64,000 nucleotides of DNA, taken from the NCBI GenBank assembly GCA_022706785.1, contig JAKJBW010000008.1, forward strand, positions 19,826 through 83,825. The letters run 5' to 3'. The notes beneath the pieces were generated by a model, which had not been told where the DNA came from, did no database searches, and worked only from the letters and a program-made list of their open reading frames with translations. The position numbers and the translations under genes are program-made. Shown piece by piece: positions 9,813 to 18,917 of this stretch (position 1 is the first letter of the stretch; the number at the start of each line of letters is the position of its first letter). The stretch is from Bacillota bacterium (GTDB lineage Bacteria > Bacillota > Clostridia > UBA1381 > UMGS1253).

Positions 9813-10862
9813 TTATACTGTCCGGTTTACTTTCTTTTGCTTTTCCTGCTTTCGGTAGGAAAGGGGCGTCATAGCCTCGTATTTTTTGAAGATGTCGTTG
9901 AAGCGCTGTTGACTTGAAAAGCCTATCTCCTTGGCTATGTCGTTTATTTTTTGATCGGTGCTCGACAAAAGCTCCTTTGCCGCCCGCATACGCGCGCCAA
10001 GCAGATATCTTTTGGGACTTATGCCAAACTCATCCTTGAAGGTGTGGGCAAAATAGCTCTCGCTCAAAAACACATACCCCGCTATATCGGCTAAGGTAAG
10101 CTCCTTGTGATAGTTGTCGTCTATATAGTCCTTTGCGATGCATAGAAGCTCTTTTAGCTTCACGCTTCTGCTTTTGATATTTTGCTCCCACTCCTGTTTG
10201 AGTGTGCGGCTCACCAGTACAAACAACTCCATAATGAGCAGATAGCTTAAATAATCGCCCCAGCTTTGCTTTTTATCGTATTCGCGCAAAATGCGGTTCA
10301 TTACGCCCACAATATCGTTTTTACGGCTGAGCTTTAAGTTGATAAAGGCAGTGTTTTCATCATTGACAAACTCAATGAAATCGTTTAGAGAGACCTCCGA
10401 CATACCACTGTCCGAACTGCCTGTAAACTTAAAGCTGAGCACCAAAAACTCACAGCCGCCGTCGGATTTGACCTTGAACTTATGCGGCTGGCCGGGCTTG
10501 ATGATGATGATGTCGTTCGGGCCCAGAGGCACATCGGTTTTGGAAACCTCAAACACCGTGTCGCCGCGCTTGATATAGACCATTTCGAAATGATCGTGGC
10601 GGTTGATGTTCATTGACCAGTTCACATCATGGATTTTTTCAATGGTTTTTACAATCACAGGCAAAAAGACCTGCTTTTCAAAAATGGATTCCCATGTGCG
10701 GGGCAGCCTGATATCGGAAATTTGAATCACACCCTTTCTTATGTGCCTGTGACTTCCATTAACAGATATGCCTATAGTATAACCGCTTTTTACAATGTTT
10801 TCAACCGCAAATTTTGACTGCCCCGTCATGCGGATCAAAACTTGATACGGCGCTTGTTTCAT
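9813..10862 (-). CDS. AraC-family transcriptional regulator with a cupin sensor domain and an extra ~70-aa N-terminal region
   Basis: The C-terminus has two HTH repeats (LTLADIAGYVFLSESYFAHTFKDEFGISP... and INDIAKEIGFSSQQRFNDIFKKYEAMTP). The central region is cupin-like (HDHFEMVYIKRGD...KPGQPHKF). Confidence 0.85.
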   Translation of the reverse strand: MKQAPYQVLIRMTGQSKFAVENIVKSGYTIGISVNGSHRHIRKGVIQISDIRLPRTWESIFEKQVFLPVIVKTIEKIHDVNWSMNINRHDHFEMVYIKRGDTVFEVSKTDVPLGPNDIIIIKPGQPHKFKVKSDGGCEFLVLSFKFTGSSDSGMSEVSLNDFIEFVNDENTAFINLKLSRKNDIVGVMNRILREYDKKQSWGDYLSYLLIMELFVLVSRTLKQEWEQNIKSRSVKLKELLCIAKDYIDDNYHKELTLADIAGYVFLSESYFAHTFKDEFGISPKRYLLGARMRAAKELLSSTDQKINDIAKEIGFSSQQRFNDIFKKYEAMTPLSYRKQEKQKKVNRTV

Positions 10863-10980
10863 GTTTTATATCAGCCGAAAAGTGAATTATTCGACATAGC
10901 TTGTTTACAAATTCGGATTCTTTGATATAATGTATATAAATGTATAATGAGCAAGATTAAAAAAACAATAGGAGAGCGTC

Positions 10981-12111
10981 ATGGCGGAGCGCAGGAAGGT
11001 ATCGAGGCGAATATGGAGCTATATGGACTATCTGTTGATAGCCCTTGTTTGCACTGCCGCCGGCTTGGGCATTGTTTCAATATTTTCGGCTGCCTATAGC
11101 ATAGATGGTTTTGCAAGGCTTATGATTGTGCAGTGCGCGGCATTCGTTCTGGGCACCTCGCTTATGCTCATGATAAGCTTTGTGGACTATGAGCTGCTGG
11201 GCGATGCGTCTAAGTACATTTATATCGGCAACGTTATACTTTTGATCATGGTGCTTATTGTGGGCATGGGCAGGGAAAGCACCGGCACAAAGGGCTGGAT
11301 TGACCTTGGGGTTGTCAGCTTTCAGCCGGCCGAGATCGTCAAGATCGGCTTTATCATCACCTTTGCCAAGCATTTGGAAAAGGTAAAGGAGGATGTGAGC
11401 TATCTGCCCACGCTCATGCTGCTTTTGCTGCATGCCGGCTTATTGATCGTGTTGATTTTATTGCAGCCCGACGCAGGCACTGCGATGGTATTTATCTTCA
11501 TAACGCTGTCCATGCTTTTTATTGCTAAAATAAGCTACAAATATATTTTTGCGACGGCGGGAGCGGCAGTGATCGGCTTACCGGTTTTATGGTATTTCCG
11601 GGAGCGGTTTTTGTCGGCGTACCAGATAGACAGAATTCTTGTGTTTTTTGACCCTTACCGCGACCCTACAAGAACGGGATACAACGTCATACAGTCGCAG
11701 ATCGCGGTGGGTTCGGGACAGCTGTACGGCAAAGGGTATCTTCAGGGCAGCCAGAACCAGTTCGGCTATTTGCCGTCTAAGCATACCGATTTTATATTTT
11801 CCACAATAGGCGAGGAATGGGGATTTGTCGGCGCGGTAGTGGTGGTGGTGCTGCTGGCTTTGATCATTTGGCGATGCGTCTACATCGCGCGCCATTCGCG
11901 CAGCGATTTCGGTATGTTTATCTGCATCGGCGTGGCGGCAATGCTGGTGTTTCATACATTTGAAAATATTGGGATGTGTATCCAGCTTATGCCTGTGACA
12001 GGCATTCCGCTGCCGTTTTTCAGTTACGGAGGCTCGTCGCTGGTGACAAACCTTGTGGCTGTCGGGCTTGTGAACAGTGTCCGGATACGGCGCAGAGGGA
12101 TAAGCTTTTAG
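10981..12111 (+). CDS. SEDS-family peptidoglycan glycosyltransferase (FtsW/RodA/SpoVE)
   Basis: A polytopic membrane protein of about 10 TM segments with QPAEIVKI, LQPDAGTAM, SKHTDFIFS and FFSYGGSS motifs. Confidence 0.9.
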   Translation: MAERRKVSRRIWSYMDYLLIALVCTAAGLGIVSIFSAAYSIDGFARLMIVQCAAFVLGTSLMLMISFVDYELLGDASKYIYIGNVILLIMVLIVGMGRESTGTKGWIDLGVVSFQPAEIVKIGFIITFAKHLEKVKEDVSYLPTLMLLLLHAGLLIVLILLQPDAGTAMVFIFITLSMLFIAKISYKYIFATAGAAVIGLPVLWYFRERFLSAYQIDRILVFFDPYRDPTRTGYNVIQSQIAVGSGQLYGKGYLQGSQNQFGYLPSKHTDFIFSTIGEEWGFVGAVVVVVLLALIIWRCVYIARHSRSDFGMFICIGVAAMLVFHTFENIGMCIQLMPVTGIPLPFFSYGGSSLVTNLVAVGLVNSVRIRRRGISF

Positions 12112-12163
12112 CGGAAATAAAGGCGGACATTCGGCATTATCTGCAGGAGAAGGAGAGGGCTTT

Positions 12164-14677
12164 ATGGGCGGTTCACCCAAGCGTAAAATACATAAGAGGA
12201 TTCCTTTCATCTTAGGTGGGGTCGGTACAGGCGGGGTCGGCTTAGCGGATACGGGGGCGCTTTGCGATAAGGCGCTCTATACGCTTTTGGGCAGGCAGGC
12301 CGAAAGCTCATTTTCGCATTTTGCGCTCAAAGCGGTGCGGGATGGAAAAGTGCTTGATGCGCGGATACTGCATGGCGATTTTTCGCAAGTCCCGGCATAT
12401 GAAAATCAAGCCTGCGGATACGGCCCCGGTCATGCCCTTGCCGGAATGCCGCACTTTAAAAAAGTGAAGTTTAAAAGCGGTATTTCACATGCCGGGCTGG
12501 CATTTCGGGACAAATCGTTTCCGGGCACGGTCAGAATGCGGGCGTCAAATCCGCTCATTCCGCTAAACGACAGGGATTCGGGCATACCTGCCGCCTTTTT
12601 TGAGCTTGAGGTAGAAAATAGCACAGACGCTGTGACAGACTATGTTTTTTCCCTGTCTTTCACCAATCCCTTTTCAGGCTCATTTAACAAATTTCTTGGT
12701 AACGAAGGCTATCCCGCCATGTTTCTGTCCTGCGCCAATCTTATCCCCACTGACAGCGGATACGGCGATATAACGCTTATGTGCGATTGTTCTGACGTAA
12801 GCGTACAGGAGTATTGGCATCGGGGCAGCGCTTATGACAAATGCATGATGTATTGGGCGGAATTCATATCGTCAAAAGCCGCTCCCGACAGGCAGTATGT
12901 GAGCCCGGGCACTGGCGATACCGCTTCACTGCAGGCGCATATAACAGTCCCCGCGGGTCAGCGCGGACGGGTGAGATATGTGATAACCTGGAATATCCCG
13001 AACGTGGATATGGATATGAAAGGCGGGGCCGGGCACGCGCAAAACGACTGTGTGCGGCAAACCAATAAAGTGCACTATACCCGGTTTTGGCGCAATTCTG
13101 TTGTGAGTGCCAAACATGTTATGGCAGAATGGGACAGGTTGTTTTGTGAAGCAGATCGGTTTGAGCAGGCGTTTAAAAAAAGCAGCCTGCCCGATCCGGT
13201 GGCGGATGCGGTATATTCAGGGATTTGTGCCTTAAAATCCTTTGATATGCTCAGACTGGCAAACGGCTCAATCTGCAGGCTTCAAAATATGCGTGACCAG
13301 GCAGGAAACCTTCAGCCTACAGCCGTCGGCGCGTTGCTTTGTTCCGATGCCATGTCGTTTCTGTTTCCGACAACAGAGCGCGGCACGCAGGACATCATCT
13401 ACAAGCAGAATAATGAAAAGGGTCTGGAATGCCGGGATTGGGCGAGGTGCTTTGAAGGCATATACAGGGTGTATCGGGCATGGAAAATATCGGGCGATTC
13501 GGATTGGCTGCGCTGTATATGGCCTGGGGTGAAGCAAAGCCTTGCGCATGCATGGGCCGCAGAAAACCATGAAGGGGACAGCCAGAGGACTGGTGTGTTT
13601 TGCGGCGGAACGCATCCCGTCACAGGCACCAGACTGTTTGGAGAAAGCCCGCAAACGGTTGGGTTTTATTTGCTTGCGCTTTCCTGTGCCGCACAGATAT
13701 CACGGTTTTTAGACCAACCCGACGATGCGCTTTTCTATGAGCGTATGTTTGAGAGCGGCAGCGAATTTGCGGGGCGCAACCTGTTTAACGGACAATATTA
13801 TATTCAGAGGGTGGATTTGAGCGACCGTTCATCCTCATACGCGTCGTCGCAAACGGACGAAAAAGCGTGTGGCGGGTACTGGGACAGTGCGACGGGGACG
13901 CTTAACTATCAGATTGCAGAGGGCTGTGCGATCGATCAGGTGCTGCCGCAGTGGTATGCGGAGGTTGCGGGTGCGGGCGACCTTTTGGACCAAAAACAGG
14001 TCAAATATGCGCTTGGCGCGATATACAAAAACAATTTCAGGAAGAGCATGCGTGCCCTGGCAAATCCGTTCGGCGGCTGTGCGCTAAACGGTGATGCCGG
14101 CAGCGTTCTGTGCGCATGGCCGAAAGATGTGTGCAGGCCTGCGCTGGCTCTGCCGTATGCCGACGTCTGCTTGGCAGGCTATGAATATCAGGCGGCCGCG
14201 CACATGATTCACCAAGGACTTGTAAAAGAGGGCTTAAAGCTTTCGGAAGCGGTATACAAGCGCCCGCGCCGGTACGGAGCGGGTGGACGCTTTGGTATTG
14301 AAGCTATTCAAGCTTTTGATAGCAGGACTTCTGTGTCAGGGTATTTGCTGCTGGGTGCCGTATGCGGCTTTGAATTTGACATGCCGCGGAGACATATGGG
14401 GTTTTCGCCAAGAATAAACGCACAGCAATTTGCGTCGCCCTGGGCGCTTCAGCCCGCGTGGGGTGAGTTTTTTGCCGATGAAAGTAGCCTTATGCTGACT
14501 GTGCACAGCGGTGAGCTTACATTGGATACCTTTCGCAGCAGCCTGTTGTCAGCCGGCTGTACAGGGGTGTTTTTAAACGATGAACGCGTGGATTTTGAGC
14601 TCGGCAAAGAGGGCATGGTAACCTTTTCGCATGCGGTTATGCTCAGATTGGGGCAAAGCCTTATGTTTTTCAAATAG
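12164..14677 (+). CDS. GH116-like beta-glucosidase / glucosylceramidase family protein (DUF608 catalytic domain)
   Basis: An 837-aa protein. Its N-terminus, IPFILGGVGTGGVGL, resembles the GH116 N-domain signature (PLGGIGTG). The size and the C-terminal half are consistent with an (alpha/alpha)6 fold. Assigned by recollection of the family, not by a search. Confidence 0.65.
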   Translation: MGGSPKRKIHKRIPFILGGVGTGGVGLADTGALCDKALYTLLGRQAESSFSHFALKAVRDGKVLDARILHGDFSQVPAYENQACGYGPGHALAGMPHFKKVKFKSGISHAGLAFRDKSFPGTVRMRASNPLIPLNDRDSGIPAAFFELEVENSTDAVTDYVFSLSFTNPFSGSFNKFLGNEGYPAMFLSCANLIPTDSGYGDITLMCDCSDVSVQEYWHRGSAYDKCMMYWAEFISSKAAPDRQYVSPGTGDTASLQAHITVPAGQRGRVRYVITWNIPNVDMDMKGGAGHAQNDCVRQTNKVHYTRFWRNSVVSAKHVMAEWDRLFCEADRFEQAFKKSSLPDPVADAVYSGICALKSFDMLRLANGSICRLQNMRDQAGNLQPTAVGALLCSDAMSFLFPTTERGTQDIIYKQNNEKGLECRDWARCFEGIYRVYRAWKISGDSDWLRCIWPGVKQSLAHAWAAENHEGDSQRTGVFCGGTHPVTGTRLFGESPQTVGFYLLALSCAAQISRFLDQPDDALFYERMFESGSEFAGRNLFNGQYYIQRVDLSDRSSSYASSQTDEKACGGYWDSATGTLNYQIAEGCAIDQVLPQWYAEVAGAGDLLDQKQVKYALGAIYKNNFRKSMRALANPFGGCALNGDAGSVLCAWPKDVCRPALALPYADVCLAGYEYQAAAHMIHQGLVKEGLKLSEAVYKRPRRYGAGGRFGIEAIQAFDSRTSVSGYLLLGAVCGFEFDMPRRHMGFSPRINAQQFASPWALQPAWGEFFADESSLMLTVHSGELTLDTFRSSLLSAGCTGVFLNDERVDFELGKEGMVTFSHAVMLRLGQSLMFFK

Positions 14678-14720
14678 GACTGCGAATTTTCGTATTAAAA
14701 CAGCCGCCGGATCATAAAAT

Positions 14721-14918
14721 AATAAATGCAATCATAGTACAAAGCCGTTCGGCTTTGCTTCATGCATTTATCGTATCGGTGTGTGACAAGCCGACTGCGG
14801 CTTGTATTTATGATATAATAAACGCGATTGCGGACATAAAGCCTTTCGGCTTTATTCTTTATGCGTTTATTGTATCGGTGTGTAGCAAACCGACTACGGC
14901 TTGCATTTATGATATAAT
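14721..14918. repeat. two tandem ~100-bp copies of a hairpin-hairpin-extended -10 module
   Basis: Copy 1 spans 14721-14819 and copy 2 spans 14817-14918. Each has hairpin A (14740-14757 / 14836-14855), a conserved GTATCGGTGTGT, hairpin B (14786-14805 / 14885-14904) and TGATATAAT (14811-14819 / 14910-14918). Confidence 0.85.
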
Positions 14919-14953
14919 ATGAATATTCACAGTCTGTTGTGGGAGGGGAGCCT

Positions 14954-15664
14954 TTGAGGAAATTTTTTAAAGCCGATACAATCATTACGGTTACGGTGCG
15001 GGTTTTGTTTCTGGTTGAATTTTTGATCCCCGTTGGGATATGGCTGCTCAGACGTGACGCGACAAATATCATCAATATGTTTACGGCCACACTCGGTTTT
15101 TCGCTCACCTTTATCCCGTCTGTGGTAGACCGCATCAGCCACCATCGGCTTAAGCTCTCTTCCGCGTTGTCGTGTGCTATCGTTTTATTCATATTCGGTG
15201 CGGAATTCTTGGGGGAGATCAAGAATTTTTACTATATTTTCCCCTGGTGGGACGTTGTGCTCCATACCATATCGGGCGTGATTCTGGGCATGATAGGCTT
15301 TATGCTCGTCCACTCGCTGAATGAAAGCGTCCATGCCCGGGTTTCACTGTCGCCGTTTTTTGTATGCTTCTTTGCGTTTTGCTTTGCGTTGGCGGCCGGC
15401 GTGCTATGGGAAATTTTTGAGTTTATGGGTGACCGGCTATTTGGCCTGAATATGCAAAAGTATATGCCGCCTACGGGTACCACACAACTGATCACAGCCG
15501 TATGGCGTTATGACGCGGGACTGATTGATACTATGAAAGATATCATCTGTGATGCGCTGAGTGCGCTTGCCACGTCGATTGTGGGGTATATTTCGCTGAA
15601 AATACGCGAATACGATAAAACGGAAAAGCCAACTGAAGATGACGGATGGTCCTCTTGTGATTGA
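14954..15664 (+). CDS. polytopic membrane protein, possibly YjdF/DUF2238-like
   Basis: Multiple TM segments. The WWDVVLHTISGVILG and LWEIFEFMGDRLFG motifs resemble the H...G and WEIxEW pattern I recall for DUF2238. The start is set at TTG 14954, 6 nt after GGGAGGGGAG; the ORF track uses GTG 14939. Confidence 0.5.
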   Translation: MRKFFKADTIITVTVRVLFLVEFLIPVGIWLLRRDATNIINMFTATLGFSLTFIPSVVDRISHHRLKLSSALSCAIVLFIFGAEFLGEIKNFYYIFPWWDVVLHTISGVILGMIGFMLVHSLNESVHARVSLSPFFVCFFAFCFALAAGVLWEIFEFMGDRLFGLNMQKYMPPTGTTQLITAVWRYDAGLIDTMKDIICDALSALATSIVGYISLKIREYDKTEKPTEDDGWSSCD

Positions 15665-15689
15665 TAGGCCTGATTTGGAAATGATATTA

Positions 15690-15728
15690 AAAACGGCCGG
15701 AAAAGCTTAAGCTTTCCCGGCCGTTTTG
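15690..15728. terminator. bidirectional intrinsic terminator
   Basis: AACGGCCGGAAAAGC (15692-15706) / GCTTTCCCGGCCGTT (15711-15725) forms a 15-bp stem with one mismatch. It is flanked by an A-run and a T-run and lies between convergent genes. Confidence 0.75.
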
Positions 15729-15775
15729 GCTGTTATTATCCGAGCGGACAGCTTCCGCTTGCAAAGGCGGTATGT

Positions 15776-17416
15776 TTATGGCTTTGTGTAGAAGGCGCTT
15801 CCGCCTATGAATTCGCGTATCAGAGAGGTGGATGGGATTTCGTCGTCATCCATGATCTCAAAGTAGGAGAGTATGCTCAACAAGTGCTGGGCAATCGGGT
15901 AATGCGATGAGCCCCGCTCAACACTGCGCAGGATCTGCAGGGCGTAGCGCTTAAATACGCAAAATTCATAAATCACGGCCGAATTAAACATCACGTCAGC
16001 CTTCTCTTCGCATGGAAAGACATTTTTCACCTCTCCCTTTTGTACCGACGGCCACATGTCGAAGGTATTGTTGGCCGAGCTGAAGCGGAAATTATAATCG
16101 CGCACCAGCCGCCGCAAAAGCCTTGTATCGGTGGGGGAGATGGGATTGAGTGCATCAAAGCTCAGATCGTTTAGCGGAGAAACATAGATTTTGAATTTTT
16201 TGCCCGCTTCTATGGAAGGCGTGAGCCTGTCGTTGAGCGCATGTATACCTTCCACCACAACGATCTGGTCTTCGCCCAATCTCAGCCTGCGCCCTTCCTT
16301 CATGCGCTTTGCTATGCCAAAGCTGAAACGCGGGATTTCAACCTCTTCGCCCGCGATCAGCGCCGCAAGATTCTCGTTAAAAAGCTTGTAGTCGATAGAT
16401 TCCAGCTCTTCAAAGTTAAAGCTGCCGTCCTCATGGCGCAGGGCGTGCTCAAGGTCGTTGTAGTAGTCGTCAAGCGAAATGGTGACGGGCATCAGGCCGT
16501 TAACGCGCAAGTGGATGTTGAGCTTGTTGGCAAAGGTAGTTTTGCCCGAAGACGAGGGTCCTGTGATCAGCACCACCTTTTTTTCTTTGCTTTGGTCTTT
16601 GATGGTGTCTGCGATCAGCGCGATCTTTTTTTCATGCAGGGCTTCCTGCATGAGCACCATATCTCTCGTGCTCTTTTCCCTTACCATGCGGTTAAGGTCT
16701 GAAACCTGATGGATGAGCAGCACATCCTCCCAGATGGAATATTCCTCCATCACGTTTATAAACTTTGCCGCCGAGCAAAAAGGCGGGATCCGGCCATCTG
16801 TTTCATAGTTGGGATACTGCAAAAGCAGGCCCTGCTGATATACACACAGGTCAAAGGTATGAATAACGCTGGTATTGGCTGCCAGCACGCCTGTCATATG
16901 AAAATGCGCGCCGCCCGCATCATAGAGGTTTACAGTGGGCGTTACCAAAAACGCAACGGCGTTTGCCGCATGAGTGCTGCCTTCGCTTTCCAAAAGCTTT
17001 TTGGCGTCGGTCTGCAAAAGCTCTGTTTTTTTAATGGGAATCGCCGCGGCGATCAGGCCGGACATGCGCTTTTTTATGTCCGCTGCTGTTTTGCTGTCCA
17101 CAGTCATTGCAGGGTCCATAATTTCGCAGTAGGTGGCTTTGTTCACAGAACGCCGCACCTGCACGGGAACGCTGCCCAAAACATCGCAGGCCGCCATAGC
17201 GAAAATCAGGATAAGTGTCTGGCGATAGCAAAAAAAGCCGTCCCTGTCGGTTATGTCCAGCAGCTGTATTTCCTGACCATTGCTCGGAACCGTGGACAAG
17301 TCGCAGTACATATTGTTTATCCTTGCGGCCAGCGGCAAGGGTTTGGATTTGTCCAGATATTCAAGCAGGCTTGCGCCCTCTTTGTATTCGTAAAGCTTGG
17401 AATTGATGGTTAACAT
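15776..17416 (-). CDS. TGS-like N-terminal domain fused to a uridine-kinase/PRK-type P-loop nucleoside kinase
   Basis: Contains the P-loop VVLITGPSSSGKTTFANKL followed by SLDDYY. The N-terminus, MLTINSKLYEYKEGASLLEYL...NGQEIQLLD, resembles ThrRS/RelA TGS domains. A GGAGG RBS is present. Confidence 0.7.
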   Translation of the reverse strand: MLTINSKLYEYKEGASLLEYLDKSKPLPLAARINNMYCDLSTVPSNGQEIQLLDITDRDGFFCYRQTLILIFAMAACDVLGSVPVQVRRSVNKATYCEIMDPAMTVDSKTAADIKKRMSGLIAAAIPIKKTELLQTDAKKLLESEGSTHAANAVAFLVTPTVNLYDAGGAHFHMTGVLAANTSVIHTFDLCVYQQGLLLQYPNYETDGRIPPFCSAAKFINVMEEYSIWEDVLLIHQVSDLNRMVREKSTRDMVLMQEALHEKKIALIADTIKDQSKEKKVVLITGPSSSGKTTFANKLNIHLRVNGLMPVTISLDDYYNDLEHALRHEDGSFNFEELESIDYKLFNENLAALIAGEEVEIPRFSFGIAKRMKEGRRLRLGEDQIVVVEGIHALNDRLTPSIEAGKKFKIYVSPLNDLSFDALNPISPTDTRLLRRLVRDYNFRFSSANNTFDMWPSVQKGEVKNVFPCEEKADVMFNSAVIYEFCVFKRYALQILRSVERGSSHYPIAQHLLSILSYFEIMDDDEIPSTSLIREFIGGSAFYTKP

Positions 17417-17465
17417 GGTACTACCTCCGGGGTCGAAAATTTTGCTGCGCTATATGATTATGCGC

Positions 17466-18917
17466 TTAGGCTCTGGCTGCCAACTGATAAAACGCATCCT
17501 TTTTTGTCAGTATTTCATCAAACCGGTTAATATATTCTATGGGAGATTTAAAATTAAAAACACGCTCTATCCTGTCGCACTCCGGCAGGATCACCTTGCT
17601 CACCCCGCCGCCGCCCAAAGCAAGGATAGTCTGCGTTTCCTCCATAATGTTCACGTTGTAAAGGCTCATATGGCCCTTTTTGGCATACCCTACGTTTTCC
17701 AGATCGCCCAGCATGTTTTTCTGACGGTACATGTAGTAGGGAAAGCGGCCTGTATCGCGCATAAAGCTTTGGGATATATCAAGCATTTTGCGCACGGTTT
17801 CGGCCCGGGTGAGGATATAGCTGTCCTTGTGTTGATTCAGCGCAGAACCGCGCTTTACAGACATGGTATGCACGGTGATGCTTTCAGGTGCAAGCTTATC
17901 TGTTTCATTAAGTGTAAAGGCAAAATCCTGTTCAGTCTCGTCCGGCAAGCCGGCGATCAGATCGGCGTTGATGCTGTAAAAACCCGCATCACGCGCCATG
18001 CAAAACGCGGCTTTTATATCGTCGGGGGTATGTGCGCGTCCTATTTTTTGCAGGGTTTGCGCGTTCATGGTCTGCGGGTTGATGCTCAGTCTGTCCACCG
18101 AAGCGGCTTTTAAGACCTTGAGCTTATCTGGTGTAATGGTATCGGGACGTCCGGCTTCCACGCTGAATTCCTTTAAGGCGGACAGATCAAAATGGCTGTG
18201 AACCGCATCTAAAAGCAAGGCCAGATTATCGGAAGAGAGTGCGGTGGGCGTTCCGCCGCCCATGTACAGGCTTGTTATTTTCAGACCTGCGTCATCGACC
18301 AGCTTTGCGCTATAGGCTATTTCACGCGCCAGCAGGGCGCAGTAATCATAGACATATTTTTTGGTATGGCGCAGATCCGACGACACAAACGAGCAGTACA
18401 GGCATCGCGTGGGACAAAACGGGATACCGATATACAATCCGATCTGATTTGGCGTGTTTTCCGCCAGAACAGCCATTTCATTTTTGGCCACCTCAAGGGC
18501 AAGCTGTATTTTGCCTTCACTTACGCCGTAAAGTGTTTTTAAATACCTGGCAATATCGGCTTCAAAGCTGCCCTGCTCAAGCATGCGCCGCACAGCTTTT
18601 GCGGGCCGGATGCCTGTCATTACGCCCCAGGGAAGCCGCTTGGGAAGCACATTTTGTACCGTATGATAAAAAGACATGCCCGCCACTGCGGAGAGTATGC
18701 GTTTTTTGGTGCAGGTGTCGGCATTATTGGCACAAGGGTAGCTGTAAGAGCCTGTGTGGTGCCTTTCTTCAAACGTCAACTCAGTATCCACCGAGATTAT
18801 TCCGTCCTTGTGCGCCGCTGTGCTGACAACCGATATATCCTGCCGCTCATCGAAAAAAAGACGGACAACCAGCCAGAGATTGTGCTCTAAGTTATATCCG
18901 ATGGTTTTAATAGTCAT
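17466..18917 (-). CDS. hemZ: radical SAM coproporphyrinogen-dehydrogenase-like protein HemZ
   Basis: Contains GIPFCPTRCLYCSF (Cx3Cx2C) and a HemN-like fold. The start was trimmed to ATG 18917 (MTIKTIGYNLEH), which overlaps the upstream stop as ATGACTATTAA. The longer ORF-track N-terminus lacks an RBS and overlaps the MBL gene. Confidence 0.8.
   Translation of the reverse strand: MTIKTIGYNLEHNLWLVVRLFFDERQDISVVSTAAHKDGIISVDTELTFEERHHTGSYSYPCANNADTCTKKRILSAVAGMSFYHTVQNVLPKRLPWGVMTGIRPAKAVRRMLEQGSFEADIARYLKTLYGVSEGKIQLALEVAKNEMAVLAENTPNQIGLYIGIPFCPTRCLYCSFVSSDLRHTKKYVYDYCALLAREIAYSAKLVDDAGLKITSLYMGGGTPTALSSDNLALLLDAVHSHFDLSALKEFSVEAGRPDTITPDKLKVLKAASVDRLSINPQTMNAQTLQKIGRAHTPDDIKAAFCMARDAGFYSINADLIAGLPDETEQDFAFTLNETDKLAPESITVHTMSVKRGSALNQHKDSYILTRAETVRKMLDISQSFMRDTGRFPYYMYRQKNMLGDLENVGYAKKGHMSLYNVNIMEETQTILALGGGGVSKVILPECDRIERVFNFKSPIEYINRFDEILTKKDAFYQLAARA

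Noticed and set aside
9813-10070. A possible PilZ-like c-di-GMP-binding motif in the extra N-terminal region of the AraC regulator (encoded at about 10650-10862).
   Set aside because: The sequence lacks the RxxxR motif, and the DxSxxG-like stretch (GISVNG) does not fit the consensus. There is no support beyond vague resemblance.
14721-14918. Possible mini-CRISPR array.
   Set aside because: There are only two units, they abut or overlap with no spacers, they are about 100 bp long and diverged, and no cas genes lie in the window.
14695-15222. A 175-aa minus-strand ORF with an internally repeated peptide (YYIINxSRSRxxTHRY).
   Set aside because: The repeat simply mirrors the tandem DNA duplication in the intergenic spacer. 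The ORF also runs antisense into the well-supported membrane-protein gene and has no RBS.
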